From positions 7,552,001-7,616,000 of the forward strand of contig OZ250169.1 of NCBI GenBank assembly GCA_965237955.1: a stretch of 64,000 nt of DNA. The letters are read 5' to 3'. The stretch comes from Candidatus Marinacidobacterales bacterium (GTDB lineage Bacteria; Acidobacteriota; Vicinamibacteria; Marinacidobacterales; SMYC01). The notes under the pieces are model-generated. The model was not told the DNA's origin and did not search any database. It saw nothing but the letters and a program-made list of their open reading frames with translations. This document shows, piece by piece, positions 43,114 through 53,364 of this stretch. Position 1 is the first letter of the stretch, and each line of letters opens with the position of its first letter. Made by a program: the position numbers and the translations under genes.

Positions 43114-45147
43114 ATGCATCATCTCGGTAATTTTTCGCTGATGGCGATCGTCGTCCTCGCGGTGTACGCGATCGCAGCCTCGCTCCTAGGCGTGAGACGC
43201 GGTAGCGTCAAGCTCACCACGAGTGCCGAGCGCGCGCTTTTGGCGTGCACCGCGTTGTCGACCGCCGCGTGCTTCTCACTCGTGTGGCTGTTGATGAAGA
43301 GCGATTTCCGCTTCGAGTACGTCGCGAGCTACTCGAACCGCGACCTGCCCTTCTTCTACAAGCTGGCGTCGCTCTGGGCGGGCAACGACGGCTCGCTCCT
43401 GTTCTGGAGCTGGCTGATACTCCTGTTCAGCGGCATCGCGGTCGTCACGAACCGGAACAAGAACCGCGAGCTCATGCCCTATGTGGTGGCGACCCTGGCA
43501 GCCGTCGCGCTCTTCTTCACCTACATGAATTATTTCGTGACCAACCCGTTCTCTCAGCTCGGCGTCGTCACCGCCGCAGGCACAGAGGCGTGGGGACCGG
43601 CCGACGGACGCGGGCTCAACCCGCTGCTGCAGCACCCGCTCATGGCGATTCACCCGCCGATTCTCTACATCGGCTACGTCGGTTTCGTCGTCCCGTTCGC
43701 GTTCTGTATCGCGGCACTCGCGTCGGGGCGCCTCGGCTCCGAATGGATCGCATCGACCCGCCGGTGGACGCTCGTGGCGTGGTTCTTCCTCGGAACCGGC
43801 CTCATCCTCGGCGGCCGGTGGGCCTACGTGGAGCTCGGGTGGGGTGGCTACTGGGCGTGGGATCCGGTCGAAAACGCTGCCCTACTACCCTGGCTCACCA
43901 GCACCGCGTACCTGCACTCCGTGATCATCCAGCAGCGCAAGGGGATGCTCAAGATCTGGAACGTCTCTCTCGTCGTGACTACGTACCTGCTGTGCGTGTT
44001 CGGAACGTTTCTGACACGAAGCGGCGTGGTCTCCTCGGTGCACGCGTTCGCCGAGTCCGACTTCGCCCAGATTTTCCTGTTCTTCATCATCGCCGCGGCC
44101 GGCCTTTGCACCGGCCTCATCCTCTATCGATTGCCGCAGCTCAAATCCGAGAACGAGCTCGACTCGATGGTCTCGCGTGAGTCGGGTTTTCTCTTCAACA
44201 ACCTTCTGTTTCTCGTCGCGGCCTTCGCGGTCTTGTGGGGAACGCTCTACCCGGTGTTGTCCGAGGCGCTCCAGGGCGAAAAAGCCATGGTGGGACCGGC
44301 GTGGTTCAACAAGGTCAACATTCCCCTCGCACTCGGGCTTCTGGCGCTCACCGGCATCGGGCCGCTTCTGGCGTGGCGCAAGTCGTCGTTCGAAAGCCTG
44401 AAGCGTAACTTCACCTGGTCGCTCGTCATTGGGGTCGCTACCGCCTCTGTGCTGTTGGCTTTCGGGATACGCCACCTGTACGCGCTCATGACGTTCTCGC
44501 TCTCGACGTTCGTCCTCGCGACGATCGTCCGGGAGTTCCACAAGGGCGCGAGCACGCGAAAAGCTCACAAAGGGGGCAGCTACGGCGCGGCGCTAATAGA
44601 TTTGACCCTCGTCAACACCCAACGCTACGGCGGCTACATCGTCCACCTCGGGATGGTCCTGATCTTCGTCGGCATTGCCGGCACGGCCTTCGACACTGAT
44701 GTCAAAGCGGACGTGAGCCCGGGAGAGTCCGTCCACGTGCGCGGCTACGACGTCAAGCTTCTCCGTATAAACAGTGGCGAGACTCCCAACTACGAATGGC
44801 TTTCGTCCGAGCTCGAGGTCTCCAAAAACGGCAAGGTGCTCGGCGTGTACGAGCCGCAGAAACACCTTTACAAAGCGAGCCAGCAGCCGACGTCCGAGGT
44901 GCGGCGCCACGCGACGTGGATCGAAGACGTGTATCTCGTGTTCGCGAGCGTCACCGACGAGAACAAGGCTACGATTCAGGTATTCGTGAAGCCCCTCGTG
45001 CGTTGGGTGTGGATCGGCGGCATCGTGATGTTCCTCGGCACGTTCGTGACGCTCGTACCCGATCGCCGCGAGCTGAGGCTCGTTCAAAAGGCCGAGGCGG
45101 AAAAACGCATCACCACGGAAGGCAAGAAGAAATATGAAGTCGCTTAG
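43114..45147 (+). CDS. ccmF: Cytochrome c synthase CcmF
   Basis: GLNPLLQ, HPP, WGGYWAWDPVEN, SVHAF. Confidence 0.96.
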   Translation: MHHLGNFSLMAIVVLAVYAIAASLLGVRRGSVKLTTSAERALLACTALSTAACFSLVWLLMKSDFRFEYVASYSNRDLPFFYKLASLWAGNDGSLLFWSWLILLFSGIAVVTNRNKNRELMPYVVATLAAVALFFTYMNYFVTNPFSQLGVVTAAGTEAWGPADGRGLNPLLQHPLMAIHPPILYIGYVGFVVPFAFCIAALASGRLGSEWIASTRRWTLVAWFFLGTGLILGGRWAYVELGWGGYWAWDPVENAALLPWLTSTAYLHSVIIQQRKGMLKIWNVSLVVTTYLLCVFGTFLTRSGVVSSVHAFAESDFAQIFLFFIIAAAGLCTGLILYRLPQLKSENELDSMVSRESGFLFNNLLFLVAAFAVLWGTLYPVLSEALQGEKAMVGPAWFNKVNIPLALGLLALTGIGPLLAWRKSSFESLKRNFTWSLVIGVATASVLLAFGIRHLYALMTFSLSTFVLATIVREFHKGASTRKAHKGGSYGAALIDLTLVNTQRYGGYIVHLGMVLIFVGIAGTAFDTDVKADVSPGESVHVRGYDVKLLRINSGETPNYEWLSSELEVSKNGKVLGVYEPQKHLYKASQQPTSEVRRHATWIEDVYLVFASVTDENKATIQVFVKPLVRWVWIGGIVMFLGTFVTLVPDRRELRLVQKAEAEKRITTEGKKKYEVA

Positions 45148-45610
45148 TGCCGGCCTCGTCCTCGGCTTCCTCGTAAGCGTCGCCACGCTTTCGTTGTCGC
45201 AGGAGCGAGCTCACGGCCCGGAATATCGTGCAGCCGGGGATGCGTTGATGTGCCAGTGCGGCGGCTGCAGCGCCACGATCTCCACGTGCTCGATGGAACA
45301 CTGCCACTCCGCCGCGCCGATTCGCGAAGAGATCTGGGATCGCCTGCAAAACGGCGAATTAGTCGCGAGCATCGTCGAGACGTTCAAACAGCGCTACGGC
45401 CTCATCATCTTGTCGGCACCACCGGCGACGGGTATCCACTTGACCGCGTGGATCGTGCCGTTCGTCGTCCTCGTCATCGGAGCTTTCGTGACCCGTCAGG
45501 TGCTGCGCTCGTGGACGCGTCACCCCGAGACGGTTGAAGCCGCGGTCGTCACCCCGATCAGTGATGCCACGCGGGCGCGGATCGAAAAAGAGCTTCGGGA
45601 CCTGAGTTGA
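45134..45610 (+). CDS. ccmH: CcmH/CycL-like protein
   Basis: LMCQCGGC, F..RYG..IL..PP, AWIVPF TM; follows ccmF. Confidence 0.8.
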   Translation: MKSLSAGLVLGFLVSVATLSLSQERAHGPEYRAAGDALMCQCGGCSATISTCSMEHCHSAAPIREEIWDRLQNGELVASIVETFKQRYGLIILSAPPATGIHLTAWIVPFVVLVIGAFVTRQVLRSWTRHPETVEAAVVTPISDATRARIEKELRDLS

Positions 45611-46119
45611 TACTCGCGCTGCTCGCCACTCTGGGAGCGATCGTCGTCACCTTCGTCCTCTATCCGGTGTTCACCGCGCCACCCGTTATCGGCGCTACCG
45701 GTCCTAGCAAGCTCGACGAATCCGAGCTCGCGCTGTCCGACCTCAGCGACAAAAAAGCGATGCTGTACGAGGCCATACAAGACCTCGATTTCGAGAAGGC
45801 CGCGGGCAAAGTCTCGGACACCGACTACGAAACCGCGAGAAACGACTATCTGGCTCAAGTCTCGGCGGTGATGGAAAAAATGGACGTCCTCGCGCCCCAA
45901 AAACAAAAGCGCACAAAGCCCACAAAAAAAGCCGCGCAACAAAAACAGAAACTAGAGGTCGAAGTCGAATGCGAAAGCTGCGGCGAGGGCAATCCAAAGG
46001 GTTCGAACTTCTGTCTCGAGTGCGGAAAACCATTTGCCGCCACGTGCGCGTCGTGCGGCGAGAGCCTTCCCGCGAAAGCGCGGTTTTGTAGCGCCTGCGG
46101 CGAGACAGTGACCGCCTGA
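45607..46119 (+). CDS. CcmI-N-like membrane protein with double zinc ribbon
   Basis: N-terminal TM, DLDFE..AGK.S..DY, four CxxC pairs. Confidence 0.7.
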   Translation: MILALLATLGAIVVTFVLYPVFTAPPVIGATGPSKLDESELALSDLSDKKAMLYEAIQDLDFEKAAGKVSDTDYETARNDYLAQVSAVMEKMDVLAPQKQKRTKPTKKAAQQKQKLEVEVECESCGEGNPKGSNFCLECGKPFAATCASCGESLPAKARFCSACGETVTA

Positions 46120-46131
46120 CAGCCTGACATC

Positions 46132-47208
46132 ATGAAACGAATTGTCTTCTTTGTCGTCGCTACCGTTGTCTCGGCGGTCATCTCGGCGAGGGCCGACGCC
46201 CAACCGCGCGGCGGTGTTTTGCGGGTCAGCCTCAAAAACGGCACCACCGGCGGGACGGGCTCTGCCGAAAGCGTCACCCTCCTCCGTCTCGGCGCCGAGA
46301 TGACTCCCGTAAAGAAGCTGGGCGCCGTGTCGGGACGCTTCGAGATCACCGATTTCGAGGTCGAAGGCGAACGCCCCATGCTCCTCCAAGTCACGTCGTC
46401 GGGCGTGAACTACAACCAGCCGGTGAATTTTTTTCGCGGGTATGAGGCCGACGCCGAGGTCACCGTGTACGACGCTTTCGACACGTGGGACGACGCCGCG
46501 CTCGAGGTCACCACGTCACGTTTTCTGTACCGGCGCGAGAACGACAAACTCGTCGTCGACAAGGTCTTCGTCGTCGAGAACCGGACGTCGCCACCGCGCA
46601 CCTATCACGACCCCGACGGCACCTTCCGCTTCAACCTGCCGAGAGAGAAACTCCTCGAGCTCCACTCCGTGTCGGCGTCGAGTGCCCTGGGCGTGCCCGT
46701 CCCCCAGCAGGCCTCACCGCTTCCCTACGGCAGCGGCTACGTTACCAAGACGGCGTTCAAGCCCGGCGAGACCCAGATCGCGGTGTCCTACGAAGTTCGC
46801 TACACAAACAGCGAGTACGAAGTCGTGGAACAAGCATTCCATCGTTTCCCCGAGCTCTTCGTGTTCGTCGCACCGCCCGATATCGACGTCACCGCCGAAG
46901 GCTGGGAGAATCTCGGCATCGAGCCCGAGGGCCGCTTCTCCTCGATCCGGATGCGGGACGTTTCCGCCGGAGAGCCGATCCGATTCACGCTTTCCGGGGG
47001 AAGCGAGCAGGCGGACCAACTCGTGGGCTCCTCGGGAAGCTCCGAAGCGGGGTCGATCGCGGCATCGCAAGGCACCATCACCCGTATCCCCGACACGACG
47101 CGCGCCTCCAAGTGGATCCTCGTCGTGTTGATGGCGGCCGCCCTCGGCTACGGACTTCTCGCCACGCTCTATCGATCGTCCTCCCCCCCCAAGGCTAGAC
47201 GAGGCTAG
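46132..47208 (+). CDS. Uncharacterised exported protein with C-terminal TM anchor, inside the ccm operon
   Basis: Signal peptide (ARADA), beta-rich body, C-terminal hydrophobic helix; tight spacing to neighbours. Confidence 0.8.
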   Translation: MKRIVFFVVATVVSAVISARADAQPRGGVLRVSLKNGTTGGTGSAESVTLLRLGAEMTPVKKLGAVSGRFEITDFEVEGERPMLLQVTSSGVNYNQPVNFFRGYEADAEVTVYDAFDTWDDAALEVTTSRFLYRRENDKLVVDKVFVVENRTSPPRTYHDPDGTFRFNLPREKLLELHSVSASSALGVPVPQQASPLPYGSGYVTKTAFKPGETQIAVSYEVRYTNSEYEVVEQAFHRFPELFVFVAPPDIDVTAEGWENLGIEPEGRFSSIRMRDVSAGEPIRFTLSGGSEQADQLVGSSGSSEAGSIAASQGTITRIPDTTRASKWILVVLMAAALGYGLLATLYRSSSPPKARRG

Positions 47209-47211
47209 ACG

Positions 47212-47895
47212 GTGTTCGCGGCCCGGCGCGTCACCAAGCTGTTCGGCCGAGTCCCGGTTTTGAAAGAGCTCGACCTCGAGCTCGAGCCCGGACGCTGCCA
47301 CGTGATCTTCGGCAGAAACGGTGCCGGCAAGTCGACGTTCCTTCGAGTCGCCGCGACGCTCTTGAGACCGACATCGGGCGAGCTGTTCTACGATGGCCGA
47401 GAGCTTTCCGAGCACGGTAGTGCCGTTCGTGATCGCATCGGGTTCGTGAGCCATCAGAGCTTCGTGTACGCAGATCTGACCGTTCGAGAGAACCTCGAGT
47501 TCTACGGCCAACTCTACGGGCGCTCTCGCGACGTGGACGAGCTCTTGGAATGGTCGGACCTGACGCTCCGCCAACACTCCCCCGCCCGGAGTCTGTCGCG
47601 CGGGATGCAACAGCGGCTCACGATCGCTCGCGCGCTCTTGCACGAGCCAAAGCTTCTCCTGCTCGACGAGCCGTTCACCGGGCTCGACGCGCTCTCGGCG
47701 GAGAAACTACACGTGCTTCTCACCGACATGAAAGGCAAAGACACGACGATTGCGCTCGCGACCCACGATATCGAGCGCGGTGTCGCGCTCGCCGATCGGA
47801 TTCTCTTGATGGAGACGGGTCGCATCGTCTTCGATGCGACCGGCGCCACCGGTGATGAGGTGCGCCGGCTCCTCCTCGAGGCACCCACGCTGTGA
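47212..47895 (+). CDS. ccmA: Heme ABC ATPase CcmA
   Basis: GRNGAGKST, LSRGMQQR, LLLDEP; coupled to ccmB. Confidence 0.9.
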   Translation: MFAARRVTKLFGRVPVLKELDLELEPGRCHVIFGRNGAGKSTFLRVAATLLRPTSGELFYDGRELSEHGSAVRDRIGFVSHQSFVYADLTVRENLEFYGQLYGRSRDVDELLEWSDLTLRQHSPARSLSRGMQQRLTIARALLHEPKLLLLDEPFTGLDALSAEKLHVLLTDMKGKDTTIALATHDIERGVALADRILLMETGRIVFDATGATGDEVRRLLLEAPTL

Positions 47896-48587
47896 GCCCG
47901 TTCGTGCGAGTCACGCTCGCGATCCTCCGGAAAGACCTTCGGCGTGAACTCCGCACCAAAGAAACGGTCTCGTCGATGTTCGTGTTCGCGGTTCTCGTCG
48001 TCGTCGTGTTCAACTTCACGCTCGCGCTCGACGAAGTGCGCGCGCTCGAGCTCGGGCCCGGCATTCTGTGGACGGCATTCGTGTTCGCAGCGACGCTGGG
48101 CCTGAATCGAAGCTTCGCCTCCGAGCGCGAGAACGAGAGTCTTTCAGGACTGATCATGGCCCCGGTCGACAGAAGCGCCATCTACTTCGGCAAGCTCGGA
48201 TCCAATCTTCTGTTCATGCTCGTCATGGAAGCGTTCGTCCTTCCGGTGTTCGTCGTGTTCTTCAACCTGAACGTTTCCGAGATTCTTCCCGGTACCGATC
48301 TCGCCTGGTTCGCGCTCGTTCTCGTGCTCGGCACCACCGGCTTCACCGCGTTTGGAACGATCCTCTCGGCGATCGCCTCGTCGACGACGATGCGGGACGT
48401 CTTACTGCCGCTCCTTCTCCTGAGCTTCTCCGTCCCGGTCGTCGTCGCGTCCGCGGAGGCGACTCGCCTGTTGTTCGACGTGGACCCGCTTACCGGACCC
48501 GAGAGCTGGCTCAAGCTCCTCGCGGTATGCACCGTCTCCTACGTCAGCGTTTCGTGGATGGTTTTCGAGTACGTCCTCGAGGACTAG
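47892..48587 (+). CDS. ccmB: Heme exporter permease CcmB
   Basis: KDLRRELR, PGILW, F..ERE, LLPLLL. Confidence 0.92.
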   Translation: MSPFVRVTLAILRKDLRRELRTKETVSSMFVFAVLVVVVFNFTLALDEVRALELGPGILWTAFVFAATLGLNRSFASERENESLSGLIMAPVDRSAIYFGKLGSNLLFMLVMEAFVLPVFVVFFNLNVSEILPGTDLAWFALVLVLGTTGFTAFGTILSAIASSTTMRDVLLPLLLLSFSVPVVVASAEATRLLFDVDPLTGPESWLKLLAVCTVSYVSVSWMVFEYVLED

Positions 48588-48676
48588 TTGAGCTACGAAC
48601 GGTCGGCGTCGGTTTGGACACCAGGCCACACAGTACACCGTGCCGTTTCGATCAGGAGTTCGGAGCGAAGAGAATC

Positions 48677-48759
48677 AACGCAAAGGCGTGAAGACGCAAA
48701 GTGGGTGCATCCCGTATTGATTTTCCCTTTGTGTCTTTGCGTCTCTGCGCCTTTGCGTT
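48677..48759. repeat. 8-mer palindromic repeat element, possible bidirectional terminator
   Basis: aacgcaaaggcgtgaagacgcaaag pairs with ctttgtgt-ctttgcgt-ctctgcgc-ctttgcgtt, followed by A6. Confidence 0.8.
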
Positions 48760-48793
48760 AAAAAACAGTCTCCCGCGTTCCCGCCGATTGTGC

Positions 48794-49693
48794 TCAGGTG
48801 CCTTCGTGAACGGAGATGCACAGGAACTTCTCGTGTGCGAGGACGGTGCCGTCGGAAGCTCGTACTTCGACGACCCAATCGCCAGCGGCGCCCACGGGTA
48901 GCTCGAGAGTGCTGTAGGTGCGCCAGTGCGATCCACCAACGCGAAGCTCCGCGTTCATATGGGTGCGCCCCTCGTGCATCCAAACGTGACGAACACGATC
49001 CCCGCTTTTCCCTCCGACGATGCGCGTCCAGAACCACACTTTCGCGCCCTCGGGAAAGCGGTCGCTCCGTCCGACGAGGTTTCGCTCGGAAATGCCGGTC
49101 CCCACTCCCATCTGCGGGATCGTGAGCGCGGTCGGTGTAGCTGGTGACCGCTGCGCAGCCTCCACGGCCCCCACAGGTTCCTCAGCGGGAGCGGCTGGCG
49201 TCTTTTCTCCCGTCGACAACGATCGTGTCAGCGTGGCCGACTCTTCGGAGAGCGTCTTCGGCTCGGCGGCAGGCGTTGGGCCTCGGAAGATCAACCATAT
49301 CGTGGCGCCGACGAGGCTGACGAAAGCCACACCCATGAGCACGAGAAACGGCGATCGGTCCCAAGCGGCACGCCGCCGTCGTGTACGCGATCGAGCGTCC
49401 GCGAGCTGCCCGAGCTCCGCGAGCTTCTGCCGCTCGTGTTCAGGTGTACCGCGACCGCGCTTGAGCTCTTCGATACCGTACGACTCCAGAAGCGGTTTCG
49501 GATCGATGTCCAGGAACTGGGCGTAGGATTTGATGTAGCCCTTGTCGAATACGCCGCCAGGGAGGGCTTCCAAGTCACTGCGTTCGAGCGCGTGGAGGTA
49601 GGGCTCGCTGATGCGCGTTGATTCGGCGACGGCGCGGATGCTCACGCCTTTCGCCTCGCGCGCTTGTCTGAGACGATCTCCGAATGCCTTCAT
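48794..49693 (-). CDS. RodZ-like HTH, TM and DUF2914-like domain protein
   Basis: GDRLRQARE, LPGGVF..GYIKSYA; C-terminal HVW, WRTYS, GDWVVEV. Confidence 0.8.
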   Translation of the reverse strand: MKAFGDRLRQAREAKGVSIRAVAESTRISEPYLHALERSDLEALPGGVFDKGYIKSYAQFLDIDPKPLLESYGIEELKRGRGTPEHERQKLAELGQLADARSRTRRRRAAWDRSPFLVLMGVAFVSLVGATIWLIFRGPTPAAEPKTLSEESATLTRSLSTGEKTPAAPAEEPVGAVEAAQRSPATPTALTIPQMGVGTGISERNLVGRSDRFPEGAKVWFWTRIVGGKSGDRVRHVWMHEGRTHMNAELRVGGSHWRTYSTLELPVGAAGDWVVEVRASDGTVLAHEKFLCISVHEGT

Positions 49694-49744
49694 TGCTGTC
49701 GGTATTCGGCGCGCTTGGGTTCTGACTACATAGTACACCAACCC

Positions 49745-50182
49745 TCTGGCTCACGACGGAAGCGATCTCGACGCAGGTCGTTTCGCCCGGCCACTTGACG
49801 ATCAACGGAATGTGGAAACCATCGATTGGGTTCGGAGCGACGGATCGTTCCCGCAAAGATCTGCTCCTGCGCATCGCCGGAATCCACGAACACTGTGAAA
49901 TCCACCGGGACGAGCAACGTTGCCTGCCCCATCGGCGACGCGGCTATCGCAAAGCGCAGCATCGAGTCTTGGGGCACGAGGAGCTCGAAGGACACGGCCG
50001 ACGGAAGAGGCGTCGCCAAGGCGCGTCTCGTCTCGCTTCTCAACGTGAAGACATCCAATCGGGCCGTCCGCCGCGCACTCGCCTCACCGCCATGCGGGTG
50101 CGGACGCACCTCGGCAGCTCGCGATCGCCCCGACGAGAGCGAAAAGCCCCACGCAACGCGCCAACGCCAGCGTGTCGGTCAT
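49745..50182 (-). pseudogene. Heavily deleted sulfatase-like lipoprotein remnant
   Basis: IASC lipobox; ETRRAL...LRFAIA...NRW jumps to HIPLIVKWPG...VSQ; at least 3 breaks. Confidence 0.8.
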
Positions 50183-50427
50183 CGCGCAAGTATAACTTGA
50201 CGCGCACAGCGCTAGAGATGATTGGAGTGCGACGTTTTCCTTGGCGCGGTTCGCGTGTCTGCTGTGGCAATATCGCGCATGTTCTCTGATGAGACCTGTC
50301 CCACTACGGTGGTCGTCCAACCCGCTCAAATCGATTCGCTTGGCCGCGCTTCATGCTCGTCGCGGAAAACCGAAGCGAGCAGCCCGGAATTTCAACTCGC
50401 GCCCGAAGTGGTTACAATCCTCGTTGA

Positions 50428-51763
50428 ATGGCATCGATGGGTCACACCGTAAACCGCCTTCCTCGCCTGCGAGTGCCGATGAGTGCACGCCTCGCCGCGG
50501 TTTTGACCGCGGCGCTCGCAGCGGGATGCAGCGACGACGAACCATTGTCGCTGCTCGAGGGGCGCGACGCCGACATCCGAGCCGACGTCGAGGTTGCCGG
50601 CGATTCGAGGCCTGCGCTCGTCCCGCCGCTTTCGAGCGAGCTCGCTTTCGAGCTCACCGTCCCCGCAAATCCCAGATTGAGTTTCTCGTTCGCGTTGGCG
50701 TCGCCCCGGAGAGCCCCCCGCGCGCGCGTGGATTTTCGCGTCCGCGTCGTGTCCGATGAAATTCCCGTGACCGTCTTTCGCCGCACGCTGAAGGTGGAGG
50801 ATCACAACCAATGGCACGACGCGCGCGTGAACCTCGCGGCATGGGCAGGAAAGAACGTCTCGCTCCGATTGGAAACGTTCCCTACTCGCGGAGCGCGATC
50901 CGGAAACTCCCTACTTCCTGTACTTACATTTCATCGATGTCCACGGTCCCTACCGCGCGCCCGAGACAGACTACCTCGCTGTGCGCGACAGTCCCTCGCT
51001 GGGTGAGGATCGAGAGCTGACGAAAACGGATCCCTCCCGCCCACGCTACCTCGACGCTACGGCGTGGGCGGACGTAGACGACAGCGAGCACCTCCGCGAA
51101 TGGAAAGCAAAATACGCTGCGACCGTCCGCCAACTCGACCGGCGGCTCGGTCGGCTTCTCTCAGAGCTCAGAAAATCGGGCGAGCTCGATCGGGCGTGGC
51201 TCGTGTTCACCTCCGACCATGGCGAAGAGTTTCTCGAGCACGGCATCTGGGCGCACGGTTACACGCTCTGCAATCATCAGCTGCACGTACCGCTTTGGAT
51301 CCGCGAGCCCGGCGCCCGCTCCGCCGGCCGCCGCATCTCGCACGTCACAACCCTCGCGGACGTGATGCCGACGCACCTCGCTTCGCTGTCGCTTCCGATC
51401 CCCCCACAGGTTCAGGGTGCAGATCGTTCCGATTGGCTTCGCGAGCCACCCCGAGGACACTCACGCACGGTGGCGATCGGAACCGGTGCGATCAGCCGCC
51501 CGCAGCTGAGCTCGGTCCGGACCGACCGCTACCACCTCATGTGGGACGAGGCGACCGACGAAGTTCAGCTCTTCGACACGCGCGCGGATCCCGAAGAGAG
51601 CGTCGACGTTGCCGCAACCGAGCCGGAGATCACGCGAACGCTGCGTCAGCTGCTTCAATCACAGCTCGCAGAAATCGAAATCGCGGGCACGCTCGAAACG
51701 GAAGCGGTCCCGATTCCGGAGGATCTAAGAGAGCGACTGCACGGACTCGGTTACATTCCCTGA
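50428..51763 (+). pseudogene. Sulfatase-like lipoprotein with the catalytic N-terminal segment deleted at about 50890
   Basis: LAAGC lipobox and N-terminal domain join out of frame to PYFLYLHFIDVHGPY...SDHGE...LHGLGYIP; no SID or TxPxH segment. Confidence 0.85.
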
Positions 51764-51802
51764 CGTGAGACACAGGAACGAGTAATTTCTGCGCTCGGCT
51801 CG

Positions 51803-51895
51803 TCAGACGTCTTCGGGGTCCCCTGACGAAAGTGACGAGAGCAGGTGGAAACCACCGGTGATGCCATCGACGAGCACACGAAGATGCTCGGGCAT
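51803..51895 (-). pseudogene. C-terminal remnant of a paralog of 53338-53898
   Basis: HLRVLVDGITGGFHLL versus AFRVLVDGLTGRFHVL. Confidence 0.7.
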
Positions 51896-52006
51896 GGGTA
51901 GGCCTGCGTTTCTATGGACCGTTTTCGGATCATACACGACTTACCAGCGTGCGAGGAGCGCACCAGCCCGGAGCTTACAGCTGTGCTAACCTCCGGCGGT
52001 CGGAAC

Positions 52007-53364
52007 ATGTCGAAGTCGAAAACGTTGTTGCTGGCGTCGTCATCGCTCGCAATGTTGTGCGGGTGTGTTTACAACGCGCCGGTACGTTCGCCGAACATCG
52101 TTCTCATCACGATCGACACCCTCCGCGCCGATCGCTTGGGCGCGTACCGGTATTTTCGTGATACCTCGCCGGTCCTCGATGCGTTGGCCGAAGAATCCAT
52201 CGTCTTCGAGCGCTGTATCGCACCGATGGCGACAACGTATCCATCCCATCTTTCCCTTTTGACGAGCACTTATCCGCACGAGACCGGAGCCGTCGCCAAC
52301 ACCGGTGCCGGTGGCGCGCCCTTCGTACCCACGCCGTATCTGCGATCGCTAGCCCAATTGCTGAGCGAGAGCGGTTATCAAACCGCCGCGTTCGTGAGCG
52401 CGGCGCCGCTCAAGAGTTTCAGCGGCATCGACGCGGGTTTCGACGTCTTCGATGAGCCAGAACCCCGGACGCGCCCCGCGGAAGAGACGAATGCCCGCGT
52501 GTTCGAGTGGCTCGAAGCTAGAGGCGAAGCGCCCTCTTTCTTGTGGGTGCACTATTTCGAGCCGCATAGCCCGTACCAGCCGCCTGAACCCCTCGACAAG
52601 AAATTCCGCCCGGACGATGAGCTTCGAAGTTATCTCACCGAGAGAGATTTCAACCGGTCTACCGAGCCGGAATGTTACCGGTTCACGTGAACAGTCGCTA
52701 CGACGGCGAGGTCCGCCAAGCGGATCAGCAGGTCGGTCTCCTGCTCGATGCCCTGCGATCCGAACCCAAGATCTGGAACCACACGATCGTCATCGTGCTC
52801 GGCGACCACGGCGAGGGGCTCGGTCAGCACGGGGAGAAGGAGCACGGCGGGGTTTGGGATGAACACTTGCACGTCCCGTTGATGATCCGGGTTCCCGGCG
52901 TCGAAGCGGTGCGGGTCGGCGATTTGATATCGATAGCCGACATCGTCCCGACGCTCATGGGTCTCGTCGAGCTCCCTAACGAGGACGTGTTCCTACGCCA
53001 GGCATCAGGCACCGACCGGTTGGCGGAACACGCGGAGCGGCCGCTCGTCTTCAGTCAGGAATCGAGCGCACCGTGGAGAACACGGCGGGGCGAGCGCAAG
53101 CCCAGCTATGCGCTGACGGGAAACGATTGGAAGCTCATCCACAATCCCGATCGAAAGGACCTCCTGTTCCGGCTCTCCGAAGATCCTTTCGAGCTCGAAG
53201 ACGTCAGCGCCGAACACTCGGACGTGACCGTTCGACTCCGCAAGATCCTCCTGGCCCGGATCGAGCAACACAAGGCGCGACGGACCGCGCTAGGAGCGAC
53301 CTCCGAACAGGAAGTCGACCCGGCGATTGTCGAGCAGCTACGCGCGCTCGGCTACGTTCAATAA
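52007..53364 (+). pseudogene. Sulfatase-like lipoprotein, frameshift at about 52670
   Basis: LCGC lipobox, TIDTLRAD, TTYPSH, EPHSPY; then YDGEV, GDHGE, LRALGYVQ in another frame. Confidence 0.88.

Noticed and set aside
48672-48765. CRISPR array from the short repeats
   Set aside because: Units are 7-9 bp without unique spacers; no cas genes
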